A stretch of 64,000 nt of DNA, taken from NCBI GenBank assembly GCA_001179505.1, contig CDMY01000256.1, forward strand, positions 1-64,000, read 5' to 3'. A program made the position numbers and the translations under genes. The notes under the pieces are model-generated. The model did not search any database. It saw nothing but the letters and a program-made list of their open reading frames with translations, and was not told the origin of the DNA. Numbering within the stretch: position 1 is the stretch's first letter; the number at the start of each line of letters is the position of its first letter. This document shows positions 26,243 through 38,565 of the stretch, one piece after another. The DNA comes from Vitrella brassicaformis CCMP3155. Taxonomy: Eukaryota > Protista > Chromerida.

Positions 26243-28053
26243 CGTGTGCCTCAGAGGGTCTGGACTCATGCGAGGATGATGATGATTGCGAAAATACATT
26301 TCACTGCGATGACAGAAAGCGATGCGTGCGTTGCTGCACCAAGAAGGACAAATGCCCAGATGGCTTCTTCTGTGGGGGCGGCAAATGTATGCGCCACGCA
26401 ATGCGTTTGTTCACACACACAGACAGGTAATGATCCTTTGTGTGTGCGGCCACTAATGCAGGTCGCAGATGTCGAGAAGATGGCGCCGAATGCCATCAGT
26501 TCGATCAGTGCTGCTCCCGTTCGTGCACGAATGGCATATGCGGTACGAGTGGGACGTCGTGCGAGGGAGATGGCGAGTGTGGTGAGGGAGAGATATGCGT
26601 GGCCGACCAATGTAAGCCGAAAGACACACACAACGCCTTCGCCCGCCTTCACTAATAACATTCCGTCCCTTGCCGTCAGGTGTGGAGGAGCCTTCTGTGT
26701 GTCTGGCCGTCGGCGACCCATGTCCATTCGGAAATGCCCAGTGCTGTTCGAGGAACTGCGGTGGCGAGACTTGTGTGTGCGCGGCTGACGGTGCTCTATG
26801 CAGCACCGACGTTGGCAAGGACGGCTGCTGCGGTCTTTGCAACAACGGCGTCTGTGAGCGTGCGATTCTGACAGCAACCAGTGCCCCAAAGACCGTCCAG
26901 TGTGCTCTGCCGACGGCACGTGTGGATGCTCGTCTGACAGCGAGTGTCCCGAAGAGCTTCCAGTCTGTTCGACCAACGGCATCTGCGGCTGTACGTGCAA
27001 TGAGGACTGTCCCAGCACCACCCTTCCATTGTGTGACGTCGACACTGGCAAATGTGTCGAATGCATAGAGAATGTCCAATGCAGCGATGGAGAAGTCTGT
27101 CGAAGCGACGGCACCTGTGGTTTGTGTTCGGGCGAAGAAGGCCAGTGCCCTGCGAACGGCTTGGGACCAGGCTTCACATCGTGCTCTCTCGGATCATGTG
27201 AGTGAACACAAGAAAGCGACGTGTGTGTGTTGATGTGGGCAGGTCATGTGTGTCCTCTTGTCATTGGTTCATTTGTGCAGGTTGTCTGCCTAATGATGAC
27301 GCCACCTGCACCGAAGCCGGCCAGTGTTGTACGAATTTCTGTGACGGCGACAAGTATGCCTTGTGCAATTTCCGCAGCGAATGCGACTCATTCGGAGACT
27401 CTGTTCGTTGTTTTGGTGGAAGATGTGAGCCGAACAAAAGCAAAGCGAGTTATCTCACACAAACGCCTACTCGTGTGCACCCATATCCTTCTGTCTGTGT
27501 GTGCAGGCTGTAAGAGGTCTGGCTCTTGTACTGATGCCAACGACTGCTGCTCGGGCCTGTGTGAAGGCGGCTCATGCGACCCGGGTTGCGGCGACGGTGA
27601 TGACAACTGCCTGGCCACCACCGGTTTCTGCGGTTTCAATCGATGTGAGGCAAAGCCAAAGAGAGTTTCGGTGTACTGACAGGCATGACTGATATGTGCC
27701 GTGTCTGTTGTGTGTCATCAGGCTGCAAGCCCGGCGGGGCACCGTGCGAATTCGAACACGAGTGCTGCGGCCGACAGGCTACCGCCAGGCCTGGTGACTT
27801 CTGTCCGGCCGGCATTTGTCTGGAGTGCGTGAGTGATGACGACTGCCGTGGCGACCAGCAGTGTGAGAAGGGCTTCTGCTACTGTGCGAATGATGATCAG
27901 TGCCGCAACGAAGGACGGTGTGACACTGGCGCTGCGGGCACTCCCGACGACCCCAACCTCGGCTTCTGTGCCTGCACTGAGATTGCCGACTGCTTTGAAC
28001 GCAGCCAGCGGTGCATCGACAACGTGTGCAGGAGCCCCGAGTTTCCGGTGTAG
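25785..28053 (+). CDS. Secreted cysteine-rich repeat protein with several C-C-CC-C-C (knottin-like) modules and 4-Cys CxxDxxC modules
   Basis: Signal peptide MRSSLVSPALLLLVISPA, an acidic low-complexity linker, then exons such as CREDGAECHQFDQCCSRSCTNGIC, CLAVGDPCPFGNAQCCSRNCGGETC and CKRSGSCTDANDCCSGLCEGGSC; stop TAG 28051-28053. Confidence 0.85.
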
Positions 28054-28271
28054 TAATTCATCAGCCAGGAAGGGTCCATGCTGCTGTTCGCCAATGTGTA
28101 AGGCACCGCGTCTCACGAAGACTCTCTCTCGCTGTGTGTGTGTGTGTGTGTGTGTTGGTTTGCGTGATGTCGAGTGACCTGTGTGCTCTGTGGTGTGAGG
28201 GGGCAAAGCGCACAGCGAAGGGCAGTCGCCTCATGGGCTGGGGTGGGGTGTGTGCCGCTGTCTGACCTTCC

Positions 28272-28304
<33 letters not shown>

Positions 28305-30975
28305 TGTGTGGTTGATAGGGTGTTAGCGCCATTCTGTGCAGAGCAGCTAAGTGATTCATCAGCCACACGTCTGATTGGGGCAGGCAGGCCGTCGGGCAGC
28401 ACCGCTTTGTGTGTGTGTGGGAGAGAGAGAGCAGTGTGTGTCGGGCAGCGTACACACACGACACACACACATGCGCCTCTCCACACAGAGGACGTGACTG
28501 TCAACCTTGGGGAGAGGCGTGTGTGTGGTGGGTCGTGTGTGAGACGACATGACGCCTGCCACCCACACCCACACGCCCCCCTCTCTGTCTGTCTGTCTGT
28601 CTGTCTGTCGGGGTGCGTGCGTGAGGGCCACAGAGAGGTGGACGATTCGATGCGTTATACATGTAAGCCACCACAGCCGGAGAGGGAGGGGGGGTTCATG
28701 CTGCTGTCTTACTGTGTGAGGCAACGCGTCTCACTGAGTGTGTGTTGATGTGTCACCAGCAATGTGACCTTTGTGTGTGGCTGGGTGTCCAGCTCTCTGA
28801 CTTACGGCTGCGCGTGTGATTATGCGATGGGGTGTCCGTCTATTAGACAGGTGCAGGGAGGGAGGGAGGGTCGAAGTGACCTTTCATGTGGTTGGATGTC
28901 TCGCTCTTCGACTGACGGCTGCGCGTGTGTTGTGTGTGTCTGTCTTTCTCTTTGCCTCTTTCTCCGCTCTGCCCCGATTGATGTGAGAGAGCGCCGGCAA
29001 GTGCGAGTGGGGTCAGTGGGGTGGGGGGTACATGGTACGGCAATTCACGGGACACTGCGAGAGTGACTGATCGATGCGTCAACACATCAACACACGCATG
29101 GATGAGTCACCTTCGTCTGTCAAGACAACACACACTTCGTGCTGTTTTGTGTGTGTGTGTGTGTCTTTGTGTGTGAGGCATGTGGTCGAATGGGGGCGAT
29201 CAGGGTGGTGGGTGAGATGCGTTTGAGCTGACGCCATGCATGTGAGACCCTCTGTATGTGTGGCTGGGTGTCTAGCTCTGTGACTTACGGCTGCGCGTGT
29301 GTGTCTGTCTGTCTCTTTGCCTCTTTCTCCGCTCTGTCCGATTGACGTGTGTGAGCGCCGGCAAGTGCGAGTGGGGTCAGTGGGGTGGGCATAGCATTTT
29401 TCTCGTGGGACACTGCGAGAGTGACTGACTGACTGGTGCGTCAAGACATGAAGCCACACAGGGGTGCGTCCCGTTTGTCTGCCAAGACGACACACAGACC
29501 GCCACACACAGACATGGGACTTGTTGACGGGGGGATCCACCGTGGTGTTTTTACGTGAGAGGCAGCACACCTCACGGACTCTCTCCCTCTCTCTCTCCCT
29601 GCCAGCGTGTGTGTGTGTGTGTGTGTGGCCGATGGGTGCATGACAGTGAATGAGACGCTGTGCGTGTGTGGGTTCACTGTGGCAAGCCATTCACCAGCAG
29701 CCACACACATGCACACTTGACCTGTTTGTCTGTCTGTCTGTCTGTCTGTCGGGGTGCGTGCGTGAGGTCCACAGAGAGGCGCAGGTTTGCAGTATTCATG
29801 TAAGCCACCACAGCCGGAGAGGGAGAGGGGAGGGTTCATGCTGCTGTCTTACTGTGTGAGGCAACGCGTCTCACTGACACTCTCTCTCTCTCTCTCTGCG
29901 TGTGTGTGAATGCTGAATATGGTTGGGTGTCTGGCTGATAGACAGGCGGAGGGAGGGAGGGGCCAACTGACCCTTTGTATGTATGTGGTTGGATGTCTCG
30001 CTCTTCGACTGACAGCTGCGTGTGCGACTTTCTCGTTCTCTTTCTCTCTTCTCCGCTCTGCCCCGATTGACGTGTGTGTGAGCGCCGGCCATTGAGTGTG
30101 GGGTCAGTGGGCTGGGGTGGTAATTAATGGGACACTGCGAGAGTGACTGACTGATGCGTCAACACATCAATGATCTCAGCTCTGTTGCGACGCCATTTGA
30201 GCTCTGGTTGATGTGTGTGAGCTCAAATGGGCATAGCAGATGGGTGGCTGGCTGGATGGCTGGATGGATGGTGCCACACTCATGTGTGCTGTGCTGTATG
30301 CAAAGTCGGCTGTATTGGCCAGCCGATGGGGTGGGGCTGTCCGGGGAGGGAGGGAGGAGGAGCGATGCACACACACACACACGTGAGAGTTATCGCACGA
30401 GTAATTCATCAGCCACGTAGACACACAGAGAGGGAGGGAGGGTTTACTGTGGTGTCTTTTAGTGTGAGAAGCAGCACATCTCACTGACTCTCTCTCTCTC
30501 TCTGCGTGTGTCTGTTATGGCGTGGGGTTGGTGAATGATATATAGTGAATGAGACGGAGGCGCTGTGTGGTAGAGCGGGTCGTGTGGGGGGGTTATGGCG
30601 GGGCCAACCACACGCCCACACCCACAGATCTCTTGGTCGGTCACTTACATGGGAGTCATCTTGCGAGTAATTTATCAGTCAGTCAGCCACACAGAGAGGG
30701 AGGGAGGGAGACAGAGAGAGAGAGACAAAGAGTGAGACAGTCGTTTTGCAGTGTCTGAGGCGACACATCTCACTGACTCTCTCTCTCTGTCTCTGCGTCA
30801 ATGCTCAATGGGGTTGGGTGTCGGGCTGAGTGCTGGTGAGGTGTGGCCGGGCTGATGTGGTCGACTGGGGGTGGTCGGTGTGTGAGGGGGTCAGTGGGCT
30901 GGGGACATAGCGATTTTCTCGTGGGACACTGCGAGAGAGACTGACTGATGCGTTAACACATGAAACCACACAGGG
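28051..30975. repeat. Degenerate modular non-coding tandem repeat
   Basis: Recurring blocks: CATGTAAGCCACCACAGCCGGAGAGGGAG...GCAACGCGTCTCACTGA (~28660, ~29797), TCTCCGCTCTGCCCCGATTGA...GGGGTCAGTGGG (~28960, ~29326, ~30050), GGGACACTGCGAGAG (~29049, 29407, 30129, 30923), ATTCATCAGCCA (~28056, 28354, 30404). Confidence 0.8.
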
Positions 30976-31213
30976 GTGCGTCACCATCTTTGTCATCACA
31001 AGAACACACACCCCCACGCGCAGAACGAAGGAAGGCAATCACACTCACACACGCAGTCACACCGAACAAGCGCACCTGTCTGGTCGAGTGGAGAAGAGCC
31101 GGCCTTATGTCTCAGAATTCCTCTCGACAGAGAGAGAGACCTGGCCAGACCAGAATGGCCAGCGGCACACTGCCGACACACACCCATCCCTCACCGCATT
31201 GCCCGCCTGACTG

Positions 31214-32000
31214 TCATATTGCCGAGAGAGAGAGACACAGAGATGTCAAGATCGACACACAGCGCCACCCCATCGACTGGCCCATCCGACACGCCCACAC
31301 AGAGATCCACCACCCGCCATAGCCCCGTTTGTCATTTGCTTTAGCAGCAGTGCGGGGCGTCCGCACTCCATCAACATGACGACCAGTCGTCTCTCTGTCG
31401 CTCGCCGCCCTCAGCAGCAACTTGATGACGGCCGGCTCGAGTGGTCGGCTGGCCTGTGCGGCCCCACGAGCAATGGCGGTGCCCACCCAGACAGACAGAC
31501 ACAGACAGACAGACATCCGCACTGAATGACAGACACCACACACAGAGTGGGACGTCTTCTCATGGCTGCGAGTGTCACTCGTCACCTTATCGTGGTTAAG
31601 GAGAGGCCGGCAGGTGCTCGTTGGGAGGGATATGTTCGACTCACAAGTGCAGCCCTCGGCAGCACCAGCACCTGCAGCGGAGGGGCTCTCTCCGAGTCGG
31701 GAGGACAGACGGAGTGTGTCAGCTGCAGCGACACAGACATAGTCGTGTTGATGTGGGCGGTGTCTGCGGCTGTCAGTGCTGGTGTGGATGTCGTTACCCT
31801 TCACAGACGATGGGCTCAGAGAAGACACTAAGCTGGCAGGATGTCGGCCGATCTGACCATCGGGCAACGGACCTGACGCCCCACACACAACAGAGGCACA
31901 CCACCACCACACACACAAGTGGTCGCTCCTTTGTGTGTGTGTGTTTGTGTGTGCGGCCCCGACAGACCTCGTGGCAGACGGACGAGAGGATCGATGTGCG
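31214..32000 (-). CDS. Possible low-complexity coding exons of unknown product, perhaps the 3' end of the decayed locus upstream on the minus strand
   Basis: A 292-aa ORF spanning an intron-like microsatellite tract; no recognisable motif. Confidence 0.2.
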
Positions 32001-33545
32001 GGAGGGACTATGACATTGACGGCTGAGCGACTGCAGCAATGACACACACGTCCACACACAGCCGTCAGGGAGTCAATCAGAAACAGACACACTGTGTGCG
32101 TGTGTGTGTGTGTGTGTGATTACCTGACGAGCGCTCGGATGAGCGGTGACGGCAATGTGAGCAGGGAGAGGACCGATCAGCTAAGTCACAGTGTGCGGCC
32201 GACCCCACAGAATAAAGACGAAACCCCCAAAGGGCAGACCGACAAGAGAGAGCTGCCACACACACACAGGGGAAGCGGCTGGCAGTGTGTGTGCCTATGA
32301 GGTGCTGGCGGCGCAAAATGGAAGCGAAGCAGAGGGGGAGGGAGAGAGAGGGGCAGGTCAGTGCGCTGCTCAGCGCGAGCAGCCCATTCTCTCGGGATAC
32401 TCAGACATAAACCGGGAGCCTCAAATCGACACACACACACACACACCACGCCACCAGCGCGACGCACACACACAGCCTAATGCAGCCAAGTCATCTGCCC
32501 GTCTACGAGTGCAGCAATCAGCTCAGGTGACTGACTGAGTGAGTGGAATGCACATTTGATGGACGACGAAAGTCACTATGGATGGAAGTATTAAGGAACG
32601 TACATGTGTCAACACGAAAGCATTCATCAGTGATCCATAGCCATCCTGTAAGCAGGCCGAATGGACCCATCAGCCATCTCGGCGGTGACGCAGGAGAGGG
32701 AGGGAGGGAGGGAGGGAGGGAGGAGGGTGGCGGGGACGGTGGCGGGACGGGGTGGGCACAAAAGATGGCGCTGCGCTGCATCGCCCGGGCTCACAAATAT
32801 CTTTGCACCAAGTCAGGCACACAAAGTGAGTCAGTCGTCACCGCACGAATACACATCCGACCAGAATGTAGGCAACGTCGTGACGGTGGAAACAGACATG
32901 ACGAGAGAAACGGCCAGCCCTTCCATGAGTTCCCTCCCCTCCGATAAATGAACCCAGATGCGAACGGGTGGTGGTGTTGGCCCGGCTGACTGTCACATTC
33001 CCATGATCTTGCAGCAGTGTGGCCACCCACGTGGAGGTGTCGGGATATAAGGTCCCGCCCCCACGCAGTGACCGCCACACACTGCTTATGAGAAGGCCAG
33101 CCAGCGAGCCACTGTGCGCAGCGAAACGAAGACGACAGCCAGTTAGGCGGAGCGGGGCCGACAAAAATAAAAACAATACAGGCACCGATCGATGGACGAC
33201 AAAAAAACAGAAGCGACACGCGACTGAAAAACACAAGTGGTGTTGGTGGCTGGCCGGCACACCGCCACGTTCACGCGGCGACGACACACACGCGGGGGGT
33301 CGGGATATCAGGATATCAGGTCCCGCCCCCACGTGGTGCCAGCCACACACGCGCCCGTGGGGAGGCCAGACAGTCAGCCACTACAGCGAAACGAACGAAG
33401 AAAGAGAGAGGGAGACCGACACTCATCCACACGCAGCCACGCAGCCAGAAATGGAAGCAACAACGTTCCCTTTCACAAAGCGACCCATCCACTCACAAAA
33501 ATACATCCAATCGCTCATGACCGAGTGAGTCATCCACCACACCCG

Positions 33546-36255
33546 TCACATTGGGGCGCCCCTGCTGCGCATTAACGAGGAGGCATCGTGGCCGGCGGGA
33601 GTGTCGCTGAAGGTGAGGCTGTCGCACCGCACGAGGGGCTGTGTGCCATGACCGCTATGGGTGGACGCGTTAGTGTGGGTCTGGCTGCCACATGACCCTT
33701 CGCCGCTGTCATGGTCATCGCTGCTGCCGGTGCCGTGGTCGGCCTCGGTGCTGCGGTTGTGGTGGCCGTGGTGTAGGTGGGGGTGGTGCGGTATGTGCAC
33801 GTGCGTGTGGTGCATGTGGCGGCCGTCATGGTGATCCTGCTCGGACGTCTCGCGGTCTGTGGTGATCGGGGAGCTCGTCTCGTGGGTGTCCTGGCTGGCC
33901 GTCCTGAAGAATGGAGGCGACGGCGTGTAGGACGACGAGTCAGCAGTAGCAGCCGCACTCATCAAGGTCTTGCGCTTGCTCTTGCCCCGCCCGCCCTTGC
34001 GCTTGTTGTCCACAAGACAGCCCCACCCCTGAGCGGCCCCCTGAGGCACCACCATCGGCACCATGCAGGCCATATGACGGTCTCCTCCCGGCCCGCCCCC
34101 ACGACGACATACGCTGCTGTCGCTGTCGACTTCCCGCTCGTGGTGCGCCGTGACGCTGTAGTGGTCCGTGGGCAGGTCACCGTGTAAGAGGTCATGATGA
34201 ATCTGGGGCGGCGTTTGCGGCCGGCTAGGAAGCTCTGGAGCTTCAGCTGGCAGACGTGGAAGTCGCACATCTGCTTGCGCACCTCCTGCTGCTGTTCCTG
34301 AGCTGTGGGGGCCTTGGAAGGGCACCGACGATCTCGGCCGACATCATCAGTAGACGCACCGACTGCAGCTGTATCAAACCTGCACAAGACAACACACACA
34401 CACACACACACAATGAAGAGAGCCCACCTCTCCCTCCCTCCCTCCCTCCCTCCCAGACTCACCTTTCTGGACGAGTAGGTATAAGATCTGCAGAAGCACC
34501 TCAGACGGCACCTCAACTGACAGACAGAAAACAGGCAGACGAATGGATCATGACAGACGTGAGCAGTGCGCAGGTCGCCATCCATCCATCTATCTCCCCC
34601 CACTCACCGAATGTCATTCATTGGCCCGCGATGGCCGAGTAGGGGATGAACCAGGTAACACACTGCCCTGCCAGACACCGAAAAGGATCAAGGAGGGCAT
34701 TTGCAGACGGCACACACACATAAAAACTGGCCACCTATCCACGTACCGAGGTGGGATTAGAGGGGCAGGGTGGCTCTGCAAGTGTCTGTGGAACTCGGAG
34801 AGGCTGATGGTCACCATGCCCTTCTTGCCTTCACCCTGGGGCGCCTCCGCTCAGCCACTGATGCGGTGGTGTGCTCACCCCGAATGCGCATGCCGTCAGC
34901 ATCGGCGTCCCTGAAATCCACACACATGACATGGAAGCACCCGTGCGTTTGTCAGCCATCACTGATCTCGACTGCCCCTTCCCACTCACTTGCGAAGGAA
35001 AGGAAGATGCCCCCAGGCAGCGAAGATATTGCGTCCCCATCTCTGTCGCCATGCTCCCCTCAGTCAGCCCCCACATCCGCTCTGACCCCACAGAGGCCGA
35101 CCGGGGCGTCTGTGCCGACGCAGACGGCGAGTCGCTGCCTCGAGATCGGTATCGGTCCGATGTCACGTTGTCCTCCTCATCGTCGCCGTCATGATCCTCA
35201 CCGCGCTTGTCACCGCTCATGTGACTTGATGACGACTGCTGCAGCGCCTCAATCGTCGACAGACCCTCCCGGCTCCCGGAGAGGTCCAGGATACCCCCTC
35301 TGCCTCGGTGTATGCGGGGTAGGTGTCGACCTCCCTCTTGAGGGCCTCGTTCTCCTCAACCAACTCACAACTCGGCTGAAGCGCCTCTGACGGGTCGACA
35401 TACTAAACACACACACACACACACACACACAAGACACACACTGATGACACTCTGCCTGTCTGGCGAGATGGATGGTCACTTGCTCACTCACCAGCATAGC
35501 CTCTTTGAAGGCCTCGAAGTCTACTCGTGCGCCGGCGCCGCCCCCCTGGGTGTCGCTGGGATATGCTGCCGCCTGGTGGACGGCCGGCGGCTGTGTGAAG
35601 TCGACAAGGAACTGCCACATGGCGGCCATCTCGCCCGCCGTCCACCCCACCTTGCGCAGCACAAAGTACTTCTCGAAGTCGCGCCGCTCGATGAAGCCGT
35701 CCTGGTTGGAATCAATGTCCCAGAAGACGTCCTCGATGACCGTGTCGCGGCTGCCCTTGACGCTGGCCAGTGCCGGTTTGATGACCCGCCTTTGGTCTCG
35801 GTCCTTCTGCACCTTCCTGCGGTACCTGCTGAGCTTCTGGATGCCCGTGGCGTTAGCCTCGTCCTCCTCGTCGAGGACCATCAACTCGCCCTCCGGCCGG
35901 CCCCGCTGACACGCCGCGCCTCGCGAATGAAGGGGCCGCAGAGGATCCACCCTGGCGCATTCGGTGAGGAGAAGACGCACGCGAGGCCGGCCATGTGCGT
36001 GGCGGAAAGGGTGCAGGGGAGCGACCCCAGGAGGGTCACGAAGTCGGTGCGCGAGATGACGCCCTCTCCCTGCGTGTCGAGCTGCTGGATGAGGGAGCCC
36101 AGGCCGATGCGGTGGCTGCGGACGGTCACGGCGATGATCTGAGGGCTGTCAGGGCCGCACCCACTCGGCTCCCGCCATCCACACGCGCCTGGCGCGACAG
36201 CCTTTCTGGATGTGCCGCATCGAGACACCCTCTTCCTGGCGCCAGGGCGGTCAGC
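33546..36255 (-). pseudogene. 3' part of a decayed coiled-coil/EF-hand gene (copy A), with His-rich low-complexity tail
   Basis: The coding-like frame switches repeatedly (LLMMSAEIVGALP to AQEQQQEVRKQMCDF to QIHHDLLHGD). Single-base indels relative to the intact copy at 36556-38265 lie near 35918, 36140 and 36200. The sequence after ...ENEALKREVD differs from the intact copy and changes frame. Confidence 0.6.
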
Positions 36256-36555
36256 NNNNNNNNNNNNNNNNNNNNNNNNNNNNNNNNNNNNNNNNNNNNN
36301 NNNNNNNNNNNNNNNNNNNNNNNNNNNNNNNNNNNNNNNNNNNNNNNNNNNNNNNNNNNNNNNNNNNNNNNNNNNNNNNNNNNNNNNNNNNNNNNNNNNN
36401 NNNNNNNNNNNNNNNNNNNNNNNNNNNNNNNNNNNNNNNNNNNNNNNNNNNNNNNNNNNNNNNNNNNNNNNNNNNNNNNNNNNNNNNNNNNNNNNNNNNN
36501 NNNNNNNNNNNNNNNNNNNNNNNNNNNNNNNNNNNNNNNNNNNNNNNNNNNNNNN
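36256..36555. other. Assembly gap (300 N)
   Basis: Run of N. Confidence 1.
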
Positions 36556-38265
36556 ATACAGTTCATCTCTCACTCACTTTTGGGGTCAGTCTCGCTGGTT
36601 TTGGTCTTTCGCGCGATGGCGGCCTCCTTTGCGACAGTGAGCTCCTTGGTGATGCGGTCGACCTCCCTCTTGAGGGCCTCGTTCTCCTCGACCAGCTCAC
36701 AGCTCCGCTGAAGCGCCTCAGACGGATCGACATACTAAACACACACACACACACACACACGTACAGATGACGCCATCTGTGGCGGGATGGATGGCCACTT
36801 GCTCACTCACCAGCATAGCCTCTTTGAAGGCCTCGAAGTCTACTCGGGCGCCGGCGCCGCCCCCCTGGCTGTCGCTGGGATATGCTGCCGCCTGGTGGAC
36901 GGCCGGCGGCTGTGTGAAGTCGACAAGGAACTGCCACATGGCGGCCATCTCGCCCGCCGTCCACCCCACCTTGCGCAGCACAAAGTACTTCTCGAAGTCG
37001 CGCCGCTCGATAAAGCCGTCCTGGTTGGAATCAATGTCCCAGAAGACGTCCTCGATGACCGCGTCGCGGCTGCCCTTGACGCTGGCGAGTGCCGGTTTGA
37101 TGACCCGCCTTTGGTCCCGGTCCTTCTGCACCTTCCTGAGGTACCTGCTGAGCTTCTGGATGCCCGTGGCATTGGCCTCGTCCTCCTCGTCGAGGGCCAT
37201 CAACTCGCCCTCCCACGGCCGGCCCCGCTGACACGCCGCCACCTCGCGAATGAAGGGGCCGCACAGAATCCACCCTGGGGCACTCGGGGAGGAGAAGACA
37301 CACGCGAGGCCGGCCATGTGCGTGGCGGAAAGGGTGCAGGGGAGCGACCCCAGGAGGGTCACGAAGTCGGTGCGCGAGATGACGCCCTCTCCCTGCGTGT
37401 CGAGCTGCTGGATGAGGGAGCCCAGGCCGATGCGGTGGCTGCGGACGGTCTCGGCGATGATCTTGAGGGCCGTCAGGGCCGCACCCACACGGCTCCCGCC
37501 ATCCACACGCGCCTGGCGCGACAGCCTATCACGGATGTGCCGCATCGAGACACCCTCCTCTTTGCCTGGCGCCAGGGCGGCCAGCAGCGCACTCGACTGG
37601 TGCAGCCGATGCCGCTGCAGCAGCGAGCAGAGGGGGGCATCCTCTCCCTCCTTGCCGAGCTCCTCGAGGATGCTCTCGTGTGCCGTGTGGCCGCCCTCGA
37701 TTACCATCTGCGTCAGCTCGTCACCGATGGCCAGCGGAATGAGCCATTCGTTCAGAAAGGCGCGCGGCGAGGCGGGAGGGGGTGCCCCGGCGCCCTGCCT
37801 GACTGGCCAGGCCCATCTGTTGGCCTGGTTGCTGGCGGCTTCTGTGTCGGGTGGCGGGGGCGTGAGGGCCTCCTTGAGGGCCGTGTCGACTGCGATGTGC
37901 AGGTCGGTGAGAGCTCGGATGACCTTCCGCGCCTCCTCTTGCGAGGGCCGGTCGCGCAGACGCGTCACTGCGAAGCTCAGGGCGCTCGTGAGGTCACTCA
38001 GACTGCACACAGCGACACCAAGGCACTCAATGGACACCGAAAGCCGTGTTTCAGATCCCTCTCTCACTCTCTCCCTCACCGTCTGAAGTCGAAGTAGAGC
38101 TGCTGGTCGGCAGCCGCCCTGCTGCTGTCCTTGCCGCCCTCGGGCGCCATCCACTCGAGATCGCCGCCCTCCACGCCCCGCACCAGTCTGTCGAGCTGCT
38201 CACCCACCTCTACAGCACCGTCAGCGTCGCCACGAGCCAGCGAATACGACACGTCACTCATGGCA
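36556..38265 (-). CDS. Internal fragment (three exons) of an intact coiled-coil EF-hand protein gene (copy B)
   Basis: 478-aa ORF with two EF-hand loops, LDTQGEGVISRTDF and DIDSNQDGFIERRDF, flanked by spliced exons; no frameshifts; bounded on both sides by N gaps. Confidence 0.75.
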
Positions 38266-38565
38266 NNNNNNNNNNNNNNNNNNNNNNNNNNNNNNNNNNN
38301 NNNNNNNNNNNNNNNNNNNNNNNNNNNNNNNNNNNNNNNNNNNNNNNNNNNNNNNNNNNNNNNNNNNNNNNNNNNNNNNNNNNNNNNNNNNNNNNNNNNN
38401 NNNNNNNNNNNNNNNNNNNNNNNNNNNNNNNNNNNNNNNNNNNNNNNNNNNNNNNNNNNNNNNNNNNNNNNNNNNNNNNNNNNNNNNNNNNNNNNNNNNN
38501 NNNNNNNNNNNNNNNNNNNNNNNNNNNNNNNNNNNNNNNNNNNNNNNNNNNNNNNNNNNNNNNNN
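38266..38565. other. Assembly gap (300 N)
   Basis: Run of N. Confidence 1.

Noticed and set aside
28051-30975. CRISPR-like array
   Set aside because: The blocks are long and degenerate, the spacers are microsatellites, no cas genes are present, and the context is eukaryotic.
28200-33500. Numerous 60-200 aa ORFs rich in HTHT, CVCV, LSLS and DGWM
   Set aside because: They are translations of (CA)n, (GA)n and (GATG)n microsatellites; the same applies to most short ORFs in the track.
34463-34520. F-box-like EVPSEVLLQILYLL
   Set aside because: Too short, located mid-gene in a frameshifted locus, and the downstream F-box residues are absent.
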